From Dehalococcoidia bacterium (GTDB taxonomy: Bacteria > Chloroflexota > Dehalococcoidia > SM23-28-2 > HRBIN24): a stretch of DNA of 64,000 nt. The notes beneath the pieces were generated by a model. The model had not been told where the DNA came from, searched no databases, and worked only from the letters and a program-made list of their open reading frames with translations. This document shows positions 42,630 to 52,402 of this stretch, in pieces. Position 1 is the stretch's first letter. Every line of letters starts with the position of its first letter. A program made the translations under genes and the position numbers. The stretch covers positions 1,878-65,877 of the forward strand of contig DATLZD010000062.1 of NCBI GenBank assembly GCA_035574155.1. Reading direction: 5' to 3'.

Positions 42630-44720
42630 ATGACCAAAGGACCGCTATGGCTGCTGGCCGTCGCTCTGTTGCTGGTCCTGGCCAGCGCCGGCGACGATGC
42701 CGCGGCCGGCAGGGTCGGCCCCCTGCCGTCCACCCTCCAGCTGAGGCTGCAGCAGGAGCGCAGGCCTCCTCCCGGCCCAAGGGAGGGGCGCCTGTCCTAC
42801 CACCTGGCCCGCCTGGCCGACCTGGACGATGCCCTCGCCCTCTACGCCCTGGACCCCTTGGGCATCGTCTTCGTCCCTCCCGACCTGGGGGCGCTGCTGC
42901 GGGCGGGGCTGGCCCGCCGCGACCCCCAGGACCGGGTCCAGGTATTCGTCTACGCCGACGACGTGGGGCAGGCGGCGGCTGCCGTCGAGGCCCTGGGCGG
43001 GCTGGTGGAGAGGCAGGACGTCCGGGCGGGCATAGTTCAGGCGTGGGTGCCGGTGCGCCGCCTGCGGGCGCTGGCCTCCCGTCCCGGCGTACGCTTCGTG
43101 GACCTGCCCGCTTACCCGCTGGCCAACGTGGGCAGCGTCACCACCCAGGGCGACGACGCCCTGCAGGCCTCGGCCCTGCGGGGGCTCCTGGGGCTGTCTG
43201 GAGCAGGGGTGCGGGTGGGCGTCATCTCGGACGGGGTGCGGGGGCTGGCCGAGAGCCAGAACCGGGGCGACCTGCCGGCCGTGAATATCACCGACTGTCG
43301 CCTGGGGCCTGGCGACCTGCACACCATCGGCGCCGAAGGGACGGCCATGCTGGAGATCGTCCACGACCTGGCTCCAGGCGCCGAGCTTTGGTTCGGCTAC
43401 TTCGGCGGTCCCTTGGGCACTGTCCTGGACTTCAATGCCGTGGTGGACTGCCTGGCCCGGCGGGTAGACGTCATCGTCGACGACATCAACTGGTTCAACG
43501 CCGGCCCCTATGACGGCAGCAGCGTCGTCTCTAGGCATACGGCTGATGCCCTCAATGACCGTGCCAACCGCCTGCGGGCCTACGTGACGGCCGTGGGGAA
43601 CCAGGCCACAACCCATTACGAGGAGCGGTTCCGCCCTTGCCCCGGCCCCCAGTCCTTCCACCTCTTCTCGGCCACCGTGTCCACCGTCGACCGCGGTGGC
43701 CTGGGCGTCCGCTGCGACAACCCCATATCGGTGCCTGCCGGCAGCACCCTGCGGGTGGTAGTCCAATGGGACGACCCCTGGGGGGCCTCATGCAACGACT
43801 ACGACGTCTACCTGTTCGAGCACGACTCGCCCCAGCCCCTGGCCGCCAGCCAGAACTTTCAGTCCTGTGCCCAGAACCCCACCGAGTTGTTGGTGTGGCA
43901 GAACCTTTCGCCCAACACGGCCACGGTGGACCTGGTGCTGGCGCCCATAGGCCAGCCCCAGCCCCGGACTTTCGACATCTTCTTCTTGGGCGGGACGCCC
44001 AACTACTATACGCCCTCCAGCTCGGTGCCCAACCAGGCCGATGCCGCCGGGGGGGTGTTGGCGGTGGGGGCCATCAACTCCTTCGATGAGGGACGCGACC
44101 AGATTGCCCCCTACAGCAGCCGCGGGCCCACCAACGACGGCCGCATCAAGCCCGACGTTACGGGCATCGACGGGGTATCGGTGACGGGGTCCGGCGGGTT
44201 CACCACCACCTTCCTGGGCACGTCGGCGGCGGCCCCCCATATCGCCGGCGTGCTGGCCCTGCTGCTGGAGTGCCGCCCCTCCCTCAAGGCGGGAGAGCCG
44301 GGGGACTCCCCCGAGCGGGACAGGCTGGCCCTGCGCAACGCCCTGCTGCTGCTGGCCGTGGACCTAGGACCGCCGGGCAACGACAACACCTACGGCTCCG
44401 GTCGCGCCGATGCCCTGGCTGCCGGGCGCTTCCTGTGCGAGCACGCGGCGGCCCTGTGGGGGGACGTGGACTGCAGCGCCACCCTGGACTCGGCCGATGC
44501 CCTGGCCCTGCTGAGGGCCTCCCTCGGTCAGCCGCTGGCCCAGGAGGAGCCGTGTCCCGATGTGGGCCAGAGCGTGGGCGGGCGCCTATGGGGGGACATG
44601 GACTGCAACGGCGTCGTCAACTCCGCCGACGCCCGCCTGCTGCTGCGGGCGGTCCTGGGCATGAGCGCGAGCGTTCCCAGCGGCTGCCCGCGGCCAGGCA
44701 CCCTGATCCCGCTCAGCTAG
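42630..44720 (+). CDS. Secreted subtilisin-like (S8) serine peptidase with C-terminal tandem dockerin-like Ca-binding repeats
   Basis: Signal peptide; D (VISDG), H (HGTAMLEIVHDLAPGA), S (GTSAAAPHIAGV) triad; C-terminal WGDVDCSATLDSADALALLR / WGDMDCNGVVNSADARLLLR repeats. Confidence 0.85.
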   Translation: MTKGPLWLLAVALLLVLASAGDDAAAGRVGPLPSTLQLRLQQERRPPPGPREGRLSYHLARLADLDDALALYALDPLGIVFVPPDLGALLRAGLARRDPQDRVQVFVYADDVGQAAAAVEALGGLVERQDVRAGIVQAWVPVRRLRALASRPGVRFVDLPAYPLANVGSVTTQGDDALQASALRGLLGLSGAGVRVGVISDGVRGLAESQNRGDLPAVNITDCRLGPGDLHTIGAEGTAMLEIVHDLAPGAELWFGYFGGPLGTVLDFNAVVDCLARRVDVIVDDINWFNAGPYDGSSVVSRHTADALNDRANRLRAYVTAVGNQATTHYEERFRPCPGPQSFHLFSATVSTVDRGGLGVRCDNPISVPAGSTLRVVVQWDDPWGASCNDYDVYLFEHDSPQPLAASQNFQSCAQNPTELLVWQNLSPNTATVDLVLAPIGQPQPRTFDIFFLGGTPNYYTPSSSVPNQADAAGGVLAVGAINSFDEGRDQIAPYSSRGPTNDGRIKPDVTGIDGVSVTGSGGFTTTFLGTSAAAPHIAGVLALLLECRPSLKAGEPGDSPERDRLALRNALLLLAVDLGPPGNDNTYGSGRADALAAGRFLCEHAAALWGDVDCSATLDSADALALLRASLGQPLAQEEPCPDVGQSVGGRLWGDMDCNGVVNSADARLLLRAVLGMSASVPSGCPRPGTLIPLS

Positions 44721-45988
44721 AGGCCCAGGAGGGGGGCGAACTCCTCTTCGGAGCGGTAGGGGCCCACCACCGCCAGGTGGACCTGCTCCGGCCCCAGCAG
44801 CTCCTCGGCCAGCCGCTTAATGTCCTGGGGCTGGACGGCCTCCAGGGAGGAGATGACCTCCTCCGGCGTGCGAACCTGCTTCAGCAACAGCTCTTGGCCC
44901 CCCAGCCAGCCCGACAGGTTGCGGGTGTCCTCCAAGCGCAGGAGCAGACGCCCCTTGGCCAGCTCCCGGGCGCGGTGGAGCTCCTCATCGCTGACCCCGT
45001 CCTCCCGCAGGCGGGCCAGCTCCTCCAGCACCAGCCTGACCACAAGGGGTGCCCGCTCGGGGTCGGTGCCGGCGTAGACGGCCAGGGACCCGGTATCCAG
45101 GAACTGGTTGACGTAGGAGTGGACGTCATAGACCAGCCCCCGGCGCTCCCTCAGCTCCAGAAAGAGTCGACTGCTCATGCCCTCCCCCAGGACTATGGAG
45201 AGGAGGCTCAGGACATAGCGGTCGGGGTGCTGCAGGGGCAGGGCGTGGGCGGCCATGGCCAGATGGGCCTGCTCCGTCTCCTTGTAGCGCACCGCGAGAC
45301 GGGGCCCGCGACCGTTCTGGGCGGGCTGCCAGGGGGCTGGCTCGCCGGCAGCCCAGCGTCCCCCCTTCTCCCAGACCGCATCGACCACCTCCTGGTGCTG
45401 GACCGGGCCCGCCACCGCCACCACCATGTTGTTGGGCACGTATTGGCGGCGCAGGTAGGCCAGGGCCTGCTCGCGGCTGATGGCCGAGACGGTCTCCTTG
45501 GTGCCTCCCACGTCGCGGCCGAGGGGCTGGCCGGGCCAGAGGATGGAGTCCACCAGCAGGTCCACCAGCTGTGGGGGCGAGTCCTCCACCGCCGCCAGCT
45601 CCTCCAGCACCACCTGTCGCTCTTTCTCCACCTCTTCGGGGTCAAAGAGGGGGGTGGACACCAGCTCCAGGAGGAGGTCCAGCACCAGACGGAAGTGGGA
45701 ATGGGCGGCCTTGGCGTAAAAGACCGTCAGCTCGCGGTCGGTGCCGCCGTTGATGTGGCCGCCGATGGTGTCCACCACTTCGGCGATGTGGCGGGCGGTG
45801 GGGTGGGCCTCGGTGCCTTTGAAGCAGAGGTGTTCTACGAAGTGCGAGATGCCCGCCTCCTCGTCCCGCTCATAGCGGGAACCGGCGGCCACATACACGC
45901 TCACCGCCACCGAGTAGGCATGCGGCAAATGAGCGCTAATGACCCTCAGGCCGTTGGGGAGGACTGTCCTCTGGTACACGTGGGCCAA
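44717..45988 (-). CDS. M16-family zinc peptidase (pitrilysin/insulinase-like)
   Basis: HFVEH inverted zinc motif near N-terminus; 423 aa. Confidence 0.85.
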   Translation of the reverse strand: MAHVYQRTVLPNGLRVISAHLPHAYSVAVSVYVAAGSRYERDEEAGISHFVEHLCFKGTEAHPTARHIAEVVDTIGGHINGGTDRELTVFYAKAAHSHFRLVLDLLLELVSTPLFDPEEVEKERQVVLEELAAVEDSPPQLVDLLVDSILWPGQPLGRDVGGTKETVSAISREQALAYLRRQYVPNNMVVAVAGPVQHQEVVDAVWEKGGRWAAGEPAPWQPAQNGRGPRLAVRYKETEQAHLAMAAHALPLQHPDRYVLSLLSIVLGEGMSSRLFLELRERRGLVYDVHSYVNQFLDTGSLAVYAGTDPERAPLVVRLVLEELARLREDGVSDEELHRARELAKGRLLLRLEDTRNLSGWLGGQELLLKQVRTPEEVISSLEAVQPQDIKRLAEELLGPEQVHLAVVGPYRSEEEFAPLLGL

Positions 45989-46143
45989 CTCTCTCTGCCG
46001 GGCCCCGGCCGATAGCGAAGGGCCCGACCACCGTGGGGGCCAACTCCCATTGTCGGCCAGCCCCGCCCCAGGGTCAATGATGGCCCCTGGGACGGCGGCC
46101 GAGGACGGTAACCGTCGGTTCCCGGCCTGGCGGAGGACGGCGG

Positions 46144-46812
46144 CTAGAAGAGGACGGGCCGGCGCTCCTTGAAGGCGTATAGCTGGGCCGGGCGGTGCCT
46201 ACCTTCCACAGCCCTGGCACCGGTGGGCACGATGAGGCCCAGGGAGAGCATGCGCCGCCGGAAGTTGCGCTTGTCCAGCCGCCTGCCCAGGATGGCCTCA
46301 TAGACCCGCTGTAGCTGGGAGAGGGTGAACTGGACAGGCAGCAGCGAGTAGGCCACGTTGCTATACTCCAGCTTGGCTCGCAGCCGGCGCAGGGCATACT
46401 CCACCACCCGCTCGTTCTTGAAGGCCAGGGGCGGCAGCCCGTCCACCGGCCACCAGGCGGGCGGCCACTCCTGGCGCTGGGCCAGGTGGGCCTGACGGGC
46501 GTCCACCAGGGCGAAGTAGGAGACGGCCACCCCCTCCCGGTCGTCCAGGTCCCAGAAGGTGTAGAGCTGTTCGAGGTATACGTCGGCGACCCCCGTCTCC
46601 TCGGCCAGCTTGCGCACCGCCGCCGCGTCGGGGCCTTCGCCCAGCGCTAGGAGTCCTCCCGGGAGGGACCACCACCCTTGATAGGGAGGGGCGCTGCGAC
46701 GGATGAGCAATACCTGCAGGCTGCCGTTCTGGACGGTGAAGATGACCACCAGGGCGGCCACAGGGCGTTGGCCGACGCCGAGCAGGGAAGGGCCGTGGGC
46801 CTCCGTCAACAA
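46144..46812 (-). CDS. Nudix hydrolase domain fused to C-terminal winged-helix domain (NrtR-like regulator)
   Basis: Nudix box region (GGLLALGEGPDAAAVRKLAEETG) plus ~90 aa C-terminal domain resembling NrtR DNA-binding domain. Confidence 0.6.
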   Translation of the reverse strand: MLTEAHGPSLLGVGQRPVAALVVIFTVQNGSLQVLLIRRSAPPYQGWWSLPGGLLALGEGPDAAAVRKLAEETGVADVYLEQLYTFWDLDDREGVAVSYFALVDARQAHLAQRQEWPPAWWPVDGLPPLAFKNERVVEYALRRLRAKLEYSNVAYSLLPVQFTLSQLQRVYEAILGRRLDKRNFRRRMLSLGLIVPTGARAVEGRHRPAQLYAFKERRPVLF

Positions 46813-46827
46813 GGGGGCCTCCAGGGG

Positions 46828-48126
46828 CTAGGCGCCGGTGGGGGCAGCAGCGCACACTATCTCGCCCTGCAGGGACCAGGGGCTGGCCCGCTCGATGCGG
46901 ACCGGTACCAGCTCCCCCGGTCGGGCCGGGCCCGGGAAGTGGACCAGCTTGTTGGTGCGGGTGCGGCCGTAGAGTTTGCCGCCGCGCTCCCCCTCCACCA
47001 GGACCTCTTGCACCGTCCCCACCAACGCCTCATTGATCTGGCGGGCGATGCCCTCCTGCAGCTCCTCCACGGCCCGGAGGCGGCGCATCTTCTCGTGGTG
47101 GGGCACGTCGTCCTCCATGCGCCGCCAGGCGATGGTGCCCGGGCGGGGGGAGTAGGCGGCCACGTGGACCTTGTCGAAGCGGACCCTTGCCAGCAGGTCG
47201 AGGGTGTGCTGGAACTCCTCCTCCGTCTCGCCGCAGAAACCGACTATGACGTCGGTGGTGATGGCGGCACCGGGCACCAGGCCCCGTATCAGGTCGATCT
47301 TCTCCAGGTACTCGGCCACGGTGTAGCCTCGGCGCATCCTGGCCAGCACCGCATCGTCGCCCGACTGGACCGGTATGTTGAAGAACTCGCAGACCTTGGG
47401 CAGCTCGGCTACCCGCCGCACGATGCGCTCGGTCATGTCCCGCGGGTAGGAGGTGAGGAAGCGGATGCGCTCCAGGCCTGGGGTGTCGTAGATGGCGGCC
47501 ATCAGATCCCCCAGGTCGGGGCGGTCGGGCAGGTCGTGGCCGTAGGCCTCCACCGTCTGCCCCAGCAGGGTCACCTCGCGCACGCCGCGGGAGCACAGGT
47601 AGCGGACCTCTCGCTGCACGTCCTGAATGGGGCGGGACCGCTCGCGGCCACGTCGGTAAGGGACGATGCAGTAGGTGCAGAACTTGTCGCAGCCGTGGAT
47701 GACGGGCACGTAGGCGGTGGGGCCCTTGGGCTCGGGGAAGGTCTCGGGCCAGAACTCACCCCCCAGGTCATTGTCGGGCACCAGCTCCCGCAGGATGGAG
47801 TCGAAGTCCTGGGGCCGGGCCCAGATGTCCACGAAGGGGAGCCGCGCCTTGAGATCGTCCACCTTAGGGCCCACCAGGCAGCCCATGACGGCGATGCGCA
47901 GGTGCGGGTTCTTGCGCTCCTTCAGGTGCCGTAGGTAGCCCAGGTAGGAGATGGCCCTGTCCTCGGCCTTCTGGCGGACGACACATGTGTTCACTACCGC
48001 CAGGTCGGCCTCCTCGGGGCGGGCGGCCTCCTGGTAGCCCAGGCGGGCCAGGCCGGCGGCCAGCTTGGCCGAGTCGGCCTCGTTCATCTGGCAGCCCTCC
48101 GTCCAGATGTGGTATCGCATGGCCAT
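46828..48126 (-). CDS. miaB: tRNA-i6A37 methylthiotransferase MiaB (radical SAM MTTase)
   Basis: N-terminal MTTase Cys triad, central CTYCIVP rSAM motif, C-terminal TRAM. Confidence 0.9.
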   Translation of the reverse strand: MAMRYHIWTEGCQMNEADSAKLAAGLARLGYQEAARPEEADLAVVNTCVVRQKAEDRAISYLGYLRHLKERKNPHLRIAVMGCLVGPKVDDLKARLPFVDIWARPQDFDSILRELVPDNDLGGEFWPETFPEPKGPTAYVPVIHGCDKFCTYCIVPYRRGRERSRPIQDVQREVRYLCSRGVREVTLLGQTVEAYGHDLPDRPDLGDLMAAIYDTPGLERIRFLTSYPRDMTERIVRRVAELPKVCEFFNIPVQSGDDAVLARMRRGYTVAEYLEKIDLIRGLVPGAAITTDVIVGFCGETEEEFQHTLDLLARVRFDKVHVAAYSPRPGTIAWRRMEDDVPHHEKMRRLRAVEELQEGIARQINEALVGTVQEVLVEGERGGKLYGRTRTNKLVHFPGPARPGELVPVRIERASPWSLQGEIVCAAAPTGA

Positions 48127-48177
48127 TGACAAATTGTAGCACGGGCCTCGCCTTCCTCCTAGCTTTATACTGGTGTC

Positions 48178-48870
48178 GTGGCCGAGGCGGAGAAGCCCCT
48201 GGACGAGGCGAGGGTAGCCCCGGCGCCCACGGTCGGGCTGGGCCGGCGCCTCCGGGACCGTCTGGCAGTCGTCCCCACCCCGTTGCTACTGGCTGCGGCC
48301 GTCGTGGCGGTGCTGGCCATCGCTGGCGTGGTGGCCATCTTGCCGCTGGTGCTGGGGGTGGACCAGGAGGACCTGGAGGCCCTGGGCTACCCTGGCGTGT
48401 TCCTGGCCAACTTCCTGGGCACCGCCACCCTCTTCTTTCCCGTGCCGGGCCTCACGGCCGGCGGGCAGATCCTCATCGCCACCCTGGCCCGCAGCCTGAA
48501 CCCGGTGGGGGTGGCTGTCCTGGGTGGGCTGGGGATGGCCACCGCCGAGATAACGGCCTATCTGGCCGGCCGTGGCCTGCGTGAGGTCAGCTCCCAGCGC
48601 CAGTTCCCCATCGGTGGGCCCATCGGCCGGTGGCTGGCCCGGGTGGCCCGCTGGGTGGACTGGCTGATGCTCCACTACGGCGTTCCCACCCTGTTCGTGC
48701 TGGCCTGCATCCCCAACCCCTTCTTTGAGTTCGCCGGCATCACTGCTGGGGCAGTGCGCATGGCCTTCTGGCGCTTCTTTTTGCCGGTGTTGGCCGGCAA
48801 GATGGTGCGGGCCTTCCTCCTTGCCTTCGTGGGGGAGCGCATCATCGACCTCCTGCCGGGCCCTTTCTGA
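48178..48870 (+). CDS. DedA/VTT-domain (SNARE-associated) membrane protein
   Basis: 230 aa, 5-6 TM, conserved G..FFP..G motif region. Confidence 0.6.
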   Translation: MAEAEKPLDEARVAPAPTVGLGRRLRDRLAVVPTPLLLAAAVVAVLAIAGVVAILPLVLGVDQEDLEALGYPGVFLANFLGTATLFFPVPGLTAGGQILIATLARSLNPVGVAVLGGLGMATAEITAYLAGRGLREVSSQRQFPIGGPIGRWLARVARWVDWLMLHYGVPTLFVLACIPNPFFEFAGITAGAVRMAFWRFFLPVLAGKMVRAFLLAFVGERIIDLLPGPF

Positions 48871-48971
48871 GGGCGGCCCCTTTCCCCAGTCGGGACCGTA
48901 GCCTTGCTTGGGTATCAGGACTCGCGGGCCTGTAACGGCGGCGTAGCGGGGGACGTCTTCCAAGTGCTGAG

Positions 48972-50480
48972 GTGGTAGCCTCTATGAGCACCGCCATCCG
49001 CTATGCCTATTCGCGTCTGGGGGGCGAGATGGTCGTCGCGCCCCTTCTCCTGAGGGGTGCGGTGGTGCTGGGCACCCCTCTCGCCCTGACCTTTACCCTG
49101 TCGGCACGGCGGGAATGGAACCCGTTCCTAGGGTCGCCCCAGTCCCACTTCTATCTGGTGTCGGTGCTGGCCCTGCTGGCCTTGGCGGTGGCCTTTGCCG
49201 CGGCCTGGGTGGCGGTCTCGGCCCGCGATGTGCGCTTGTCGCTGCTGACGGTGGGGTTCCTGGGCATCGGCGCCATCATGGCCGTTCATGGCCTGGCCAC
49301 CCCGGGCTTCCTGGTCCACCATGGCTATCTGGGCACCACCGCCGCCTCGGCCTATTTCGCCCACCTGGTGGGCTCGTGGATGCTTTGGCTGTCGACGGTG
49401 GGGCTGCCGCGAGGGGCCAGCGAGTGGCTGGAGAGGCGGCTCTGGCTGCTGCTAGCGGTGGCGGTAGCCCTTCTCGGTGGCTACGCCGGCCTGGCCCTGG
49501 GCGCCCCTGACGTCTTCCAGTCGCTGCCCGTGGCAGGGCGACCGGGCAGCGATGCCTTCACCTGGGCCATGCTGGCCGTGAACGTGGTCCTGCTGACGAT
49601 GGTCGTGGTGCAGGCGGCCATCTCTCACTCGCTGTCGCGGGCACCCCTCCCGGCCGCCATCGGCGCCGCTGCCCTGTTGCTGCTGGCCTCCCAGGTGACG
49701 CTGCAGGTGGCGGAGCCCTGGACGCTGGCCTGGTGGCTATACCACGTCTACCTTTTGTTGGGGCTGGGGGCGGTGGTGAGGGCGGTGGCCACCGAATATC
49801 TGGGGGGCAAGCCCTTAGCCCAGATCTTCCGTCAGCTGTCCTATGAGGACGTGCTGGCCCAGGTGCGCCAGGGCCTGTCCGACTCGGTGTTGGCCCTGGC
49901 TGCCGCTGCTGAGGCCCGTGACCGCTATACGTTCGAGCACGTGACGCGAGTGGCCGAGCTGTCGGTGCTCATCGGCCAGGCCATGGGCCTGCCACGGCTG
50001 CGCCTCAAGGCGCTGGCCCAGGGTGCCATGCTGCACGACGTGGGCAAGCTCTACATCTCCGACCTGGTGCTGCAGAAGCCCGACAAGCTGACCCCCGAGG
50101 AGTTCGAGCAGATCAAGCGCCACTCTGCTCTGGGCTACGAGCTCCTGATGCGCCTGAAGGGGTTCGAGCGGGAGGCCCTCATCGTCCGCCATCACCACGA
50201 GTGGTATGACGGATCCGGTTACCCGGACGGTCTCCGCGGGGAGGAGATACCCCTGGAGGCGCGCATCGTGGCCGTGGCCGACATGTATGATGCCCTGACC
50301 ACCGACCGCCCCTACCGTCCGGCCTTCAGCCACGGGGAGGCCTTGGCCATCATGGAAAAGGAGGCGGGCACGCATCTGGACCCGGCCTGTGTGGAGGCCT
50401 TCCGCCGTGCCCTGGACCCCGGACGGCTGGTGCCCTTCCCCGTCGCCGCCCACGACTATAAGAGACGGCCGGCCTCCTGA
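48972..50480 (+). CDS. Membrane-anchored HD-GYP domain phosphodiesterase (c-di-GMP signalling) with N-terminal 7-8 TM sensor region
   Basis: HD (MLHDVGK), HHEWYDGSGYP motif in C-terminal half. Confidence 0.8.
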   Translation: MVASMSTAIRYAYSRLGGEMVVAPLLLRGAVVLGTPLALTFTLSARREWNPFLGSPQSHFYLVSVLALLALAVAFAAAWVAVSARDVRLSLLTVGFLGIGAIMAVHGLATPGFLVHHGYLGTTAASAYFAHLVGSWMLWLSTVGLPRGASEWLERRLWLLLAVAVALLGGYAGLALGAPDVFQSLPVAGRPGSDAFTWAMLAVNVVLLTMVVVQAAISHSLSRAPLPAAIGAAALLLLASQVTLQVAEPWTLAWWLYHVYLLLGLGAVVRAVATEYLGGKPLAQIFRQLSYEDVLAQVRQGLSDSVLALAAAAEARDRYTFEHVTRVAELSVLIGQAMGLPRLRLKALAQGAMLHDVGKLYISDLVLQKPDKLTPEEFEQIKRHSALGYELLMRLKGFEREALIVRHHHEWYDGSGYPDGLRGEEIPLEARIVAVADMYDALTTDRPYRPAFSHGEALAIMEKEAGTHLDPACVEAFRRALDPGRLVPFPVAAHDYKRRPAS

Positions 50481-50538
50481 GCGTCAGCGTGCCGGGGATC
50501 ACGGCGTCGGCCGGAGGAGTGCCGTCGTCCACTAGAAG

Positions 50539-51240
50539 TTGTCGGCGCTGTCTTGCGGCGCCATAATGGCCTCGATGGCTCGAGGCCAGGCGCCGACGCG
50601 GGCAGGGGCGCGGCTAGTGCTGATGTCCAGGCCGCCCCTCTGGACCTGGCCCCTTCTGGCGGGCTTCGTGGCCACCGCCGTCCTCGCCTCCCGGGCCGAC
50701 TACTTCCCTGCCGACCTGTGGACGTCCCACCGGATCCAGGAGCTGGACGCGGCGGCCTATGTGCGGGCGGTGGAGGTGGCCAGCGCCCTCACCGAGCCGC
50801 CCTGGGTCGTGCTGGCGGTCCTGCTGGCCACGGCCGTTCTGGCCTGGCGGAGGCTCTGGGGCGAGGGGGCGGCCCTGGTCCTGGCCCAGGCCATACGGGC
50901 CGTCAACGCCCTGGTGAAGGAGGTAGTGGGGCGACCGCGGCCATCGCCGGCCCTGGTAGAGGTCAGGGAGTTCCCCGACACGGCCTCCTTTCCCAGCGGG
51001 CACGTGGTCAGCGCCCTGGTGGCCTACGGCCTCATCTTCTACCTGGCGGGCCAGATCCTGCCCTGGCCATGGGCGCGCTGGACGTTGAGACTTCTCTGCC
51101 TATACGTCATCGTCTTCACCGGCATGGAACGCATCCACGTCGGCGCCCACTGGCTGAGCGATGTCTACGGCGCCTTTCTCATGACCGTCCCCCTGATGGC
51201 CCTGGCCTGGAATCTGGTGCCCAGGCGCCGTTACTTCTAA
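50539..51240 (+). CDS. PAP2-family phosphatase (membrane)
   Basis: KxxxxxxRP (KEVVGRPRP), PSGH, SRxxxxxHxxxD-like (ERIHVGAHWLSD) motifs. Confidence 0.8.
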   Translation: MSALSCGAIMASMARGQAPTRAGARLVLMSRPPLWTWPLLAGFVATAVLASRADYFPADLWTSHRIQELDAAAYVRAVEVASALTEPPWVVLAVLLATAVLAWRRLWGEGAALVLAQAIRAVNALVKEVVGRPRPSPALVEVREFPDTASFPSGHVVSALVAYGLIFYLAGQILPWPWARWTLRLLCLYVIVFTGMERIHVGAHWLSDVYGAFLMTVPLMALAWNLVPRRRYF

Positions 51241-51306
51241 AGGCGTCTGGTCGTCTTTAGTGAGGTTTAAGCGGCAACCCCGCTTGTGCTAGACTGCTGA
51301 GCAACC

Positions 51307-51822
51307 ATGAACTGGCTGGACGCCGTCATCGTGCTGGTGGTGGCCTGGTTTGCGGTCAATGCCTTCCGCGCCGGCATCATCAAGGAAGTGGTGACCCTGG
51401 CCGGGCTGGTCCTGGGCGTGGTGGCGGCCGGCCTCTATTACGACAGCCTGGCCCAGGAGGTGCTGCTGTTCATCGACAACGAGGTGGCGGCCCGTGCCCT
51501 GGGCTTCGTCCTCCTGCTGGGCTCCGTGTTCCTGATGGGCCAGCTGGTGGCCTACCTGCTTAGGGGCCTGGCGTCCATGCTGATGCTGGGCTGGGCGGAC
51601 CAGCTGCTGGGGCTGGCCTTCGGTGTCCTGAAGGGGCTGTTGCTGGTCCAGGCATTGCTGGTCCTCTTCGTCACCTATCCCCAGCTAGGTCTGGACAAAG
51701 CGGTGGAGGGATCGGCCCTGGCCCCCCACTTCCTGGACAGCTCGCGGCCGTTGCTACAGCTGCTGCCGGACGAGTTCAGCCCCGCGTCCTGGCAGGTGAG
51801 ACAGCCACCCTCGGCCGATTGA
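51307..51822 (+). CDS. cvpA: CvpA-family membrane protein
   Basis: 171 aa; four TM; N-terminal NW.D.VI..V pattern of CvpA. Confidence 0.7.
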   Translation: MNWLDAVIVLVVAWFAVNAFRAGIIKEVVTLAGLVLGVVAAGLYYDSLAQEVLLFIDNEVAARALGFVLLLGSVFLMGQLVAYLLRGLASMLMLGWADQLLGLAFGVLKGLLLVQALLVLFVTYPQLGLDKAVEGSALAPHFLDSSRPLLQLLPDEFSPASWQVRQPPSAD

Positions 51823-51871
51823 ACCGTCGGCCCCGTGTCTGCTAACATCGGGTCTGGGGTGGTGCCGCCTC

Positions 51872-52402
51872 ATGGGGCTAGAGAGCGAACCAGTGCTGGT
51901 GCTCAACCAGGACTATGACCCCCTCAACGTCTGCACCGTGCGCCGTGCCCTGGTCCTTCTGGACCGGGGCAAGGCCGAAGTAGTGGAGAACGGTCGGGGC
52001 TACCTCCACACGCCCAGCGTGGCGGTCGCCGTCCCATCGGTGATCCGACTGCGCTACTACGTGCGCCGCCCTGTGCCCAACGGCCGCGTGAGTCGCCGCG
52101 ATGTCTTCCTGCGCGACCGCTTCACCTGCCAGTATTGCGGGAGGCAGACGCGGGACCTGACCCTGGACCACGTCATACCCCGCCACCGTGGCGGCGCCCA
52201 CGACTGGGAGAACGTGGTGGCTGCCTGTCGATCCTGCAACCACAGGAAGGCGGGGCGGACGCCCCAGGAGGCCCACATGCAGCTCCTGCAGAGGCCGTCG
52301 CGTCCCCGCAACCTCCATTACCGCATGTTCTATCCCTACCTGCTGCAGCAGGTCGAGTGGCGTAAGTTCGTCCCCGGCTGGCAGGACGACCTGGGCGCCT
52401 AG
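51872..52402 (+). CDS. HNH endonuclease
   Basis: CQYCG...LDHVIPRHRGG..WENVVAACRSCNHRK HNH motif with zinc-binding Cys. Confidence 0.8.
   Translation: MGLESEPVLVLNQDYDPLNVCTVRRALVLLDRGKAEVVENGRGYLHTPSVAVAVPSVIRLRYYVRRPVPNGRVSRRDVFLRDRFTCQYCGRQTRDLTLDHVIPRHRGGAHDWENVVAACRSCNHRKAGRTPQEAHMQLLQRPSRPRNLHYRMFYPYLLQQVEWRKFVPGWQDDLGA

Noticed and set aside
51258-51280. Small hairpin AAGCGG-caac-CCGCTT after the PAP2 gene
   Set aside because: Only a 6-bp stem with no U-tract. Not convincing as a terminator.
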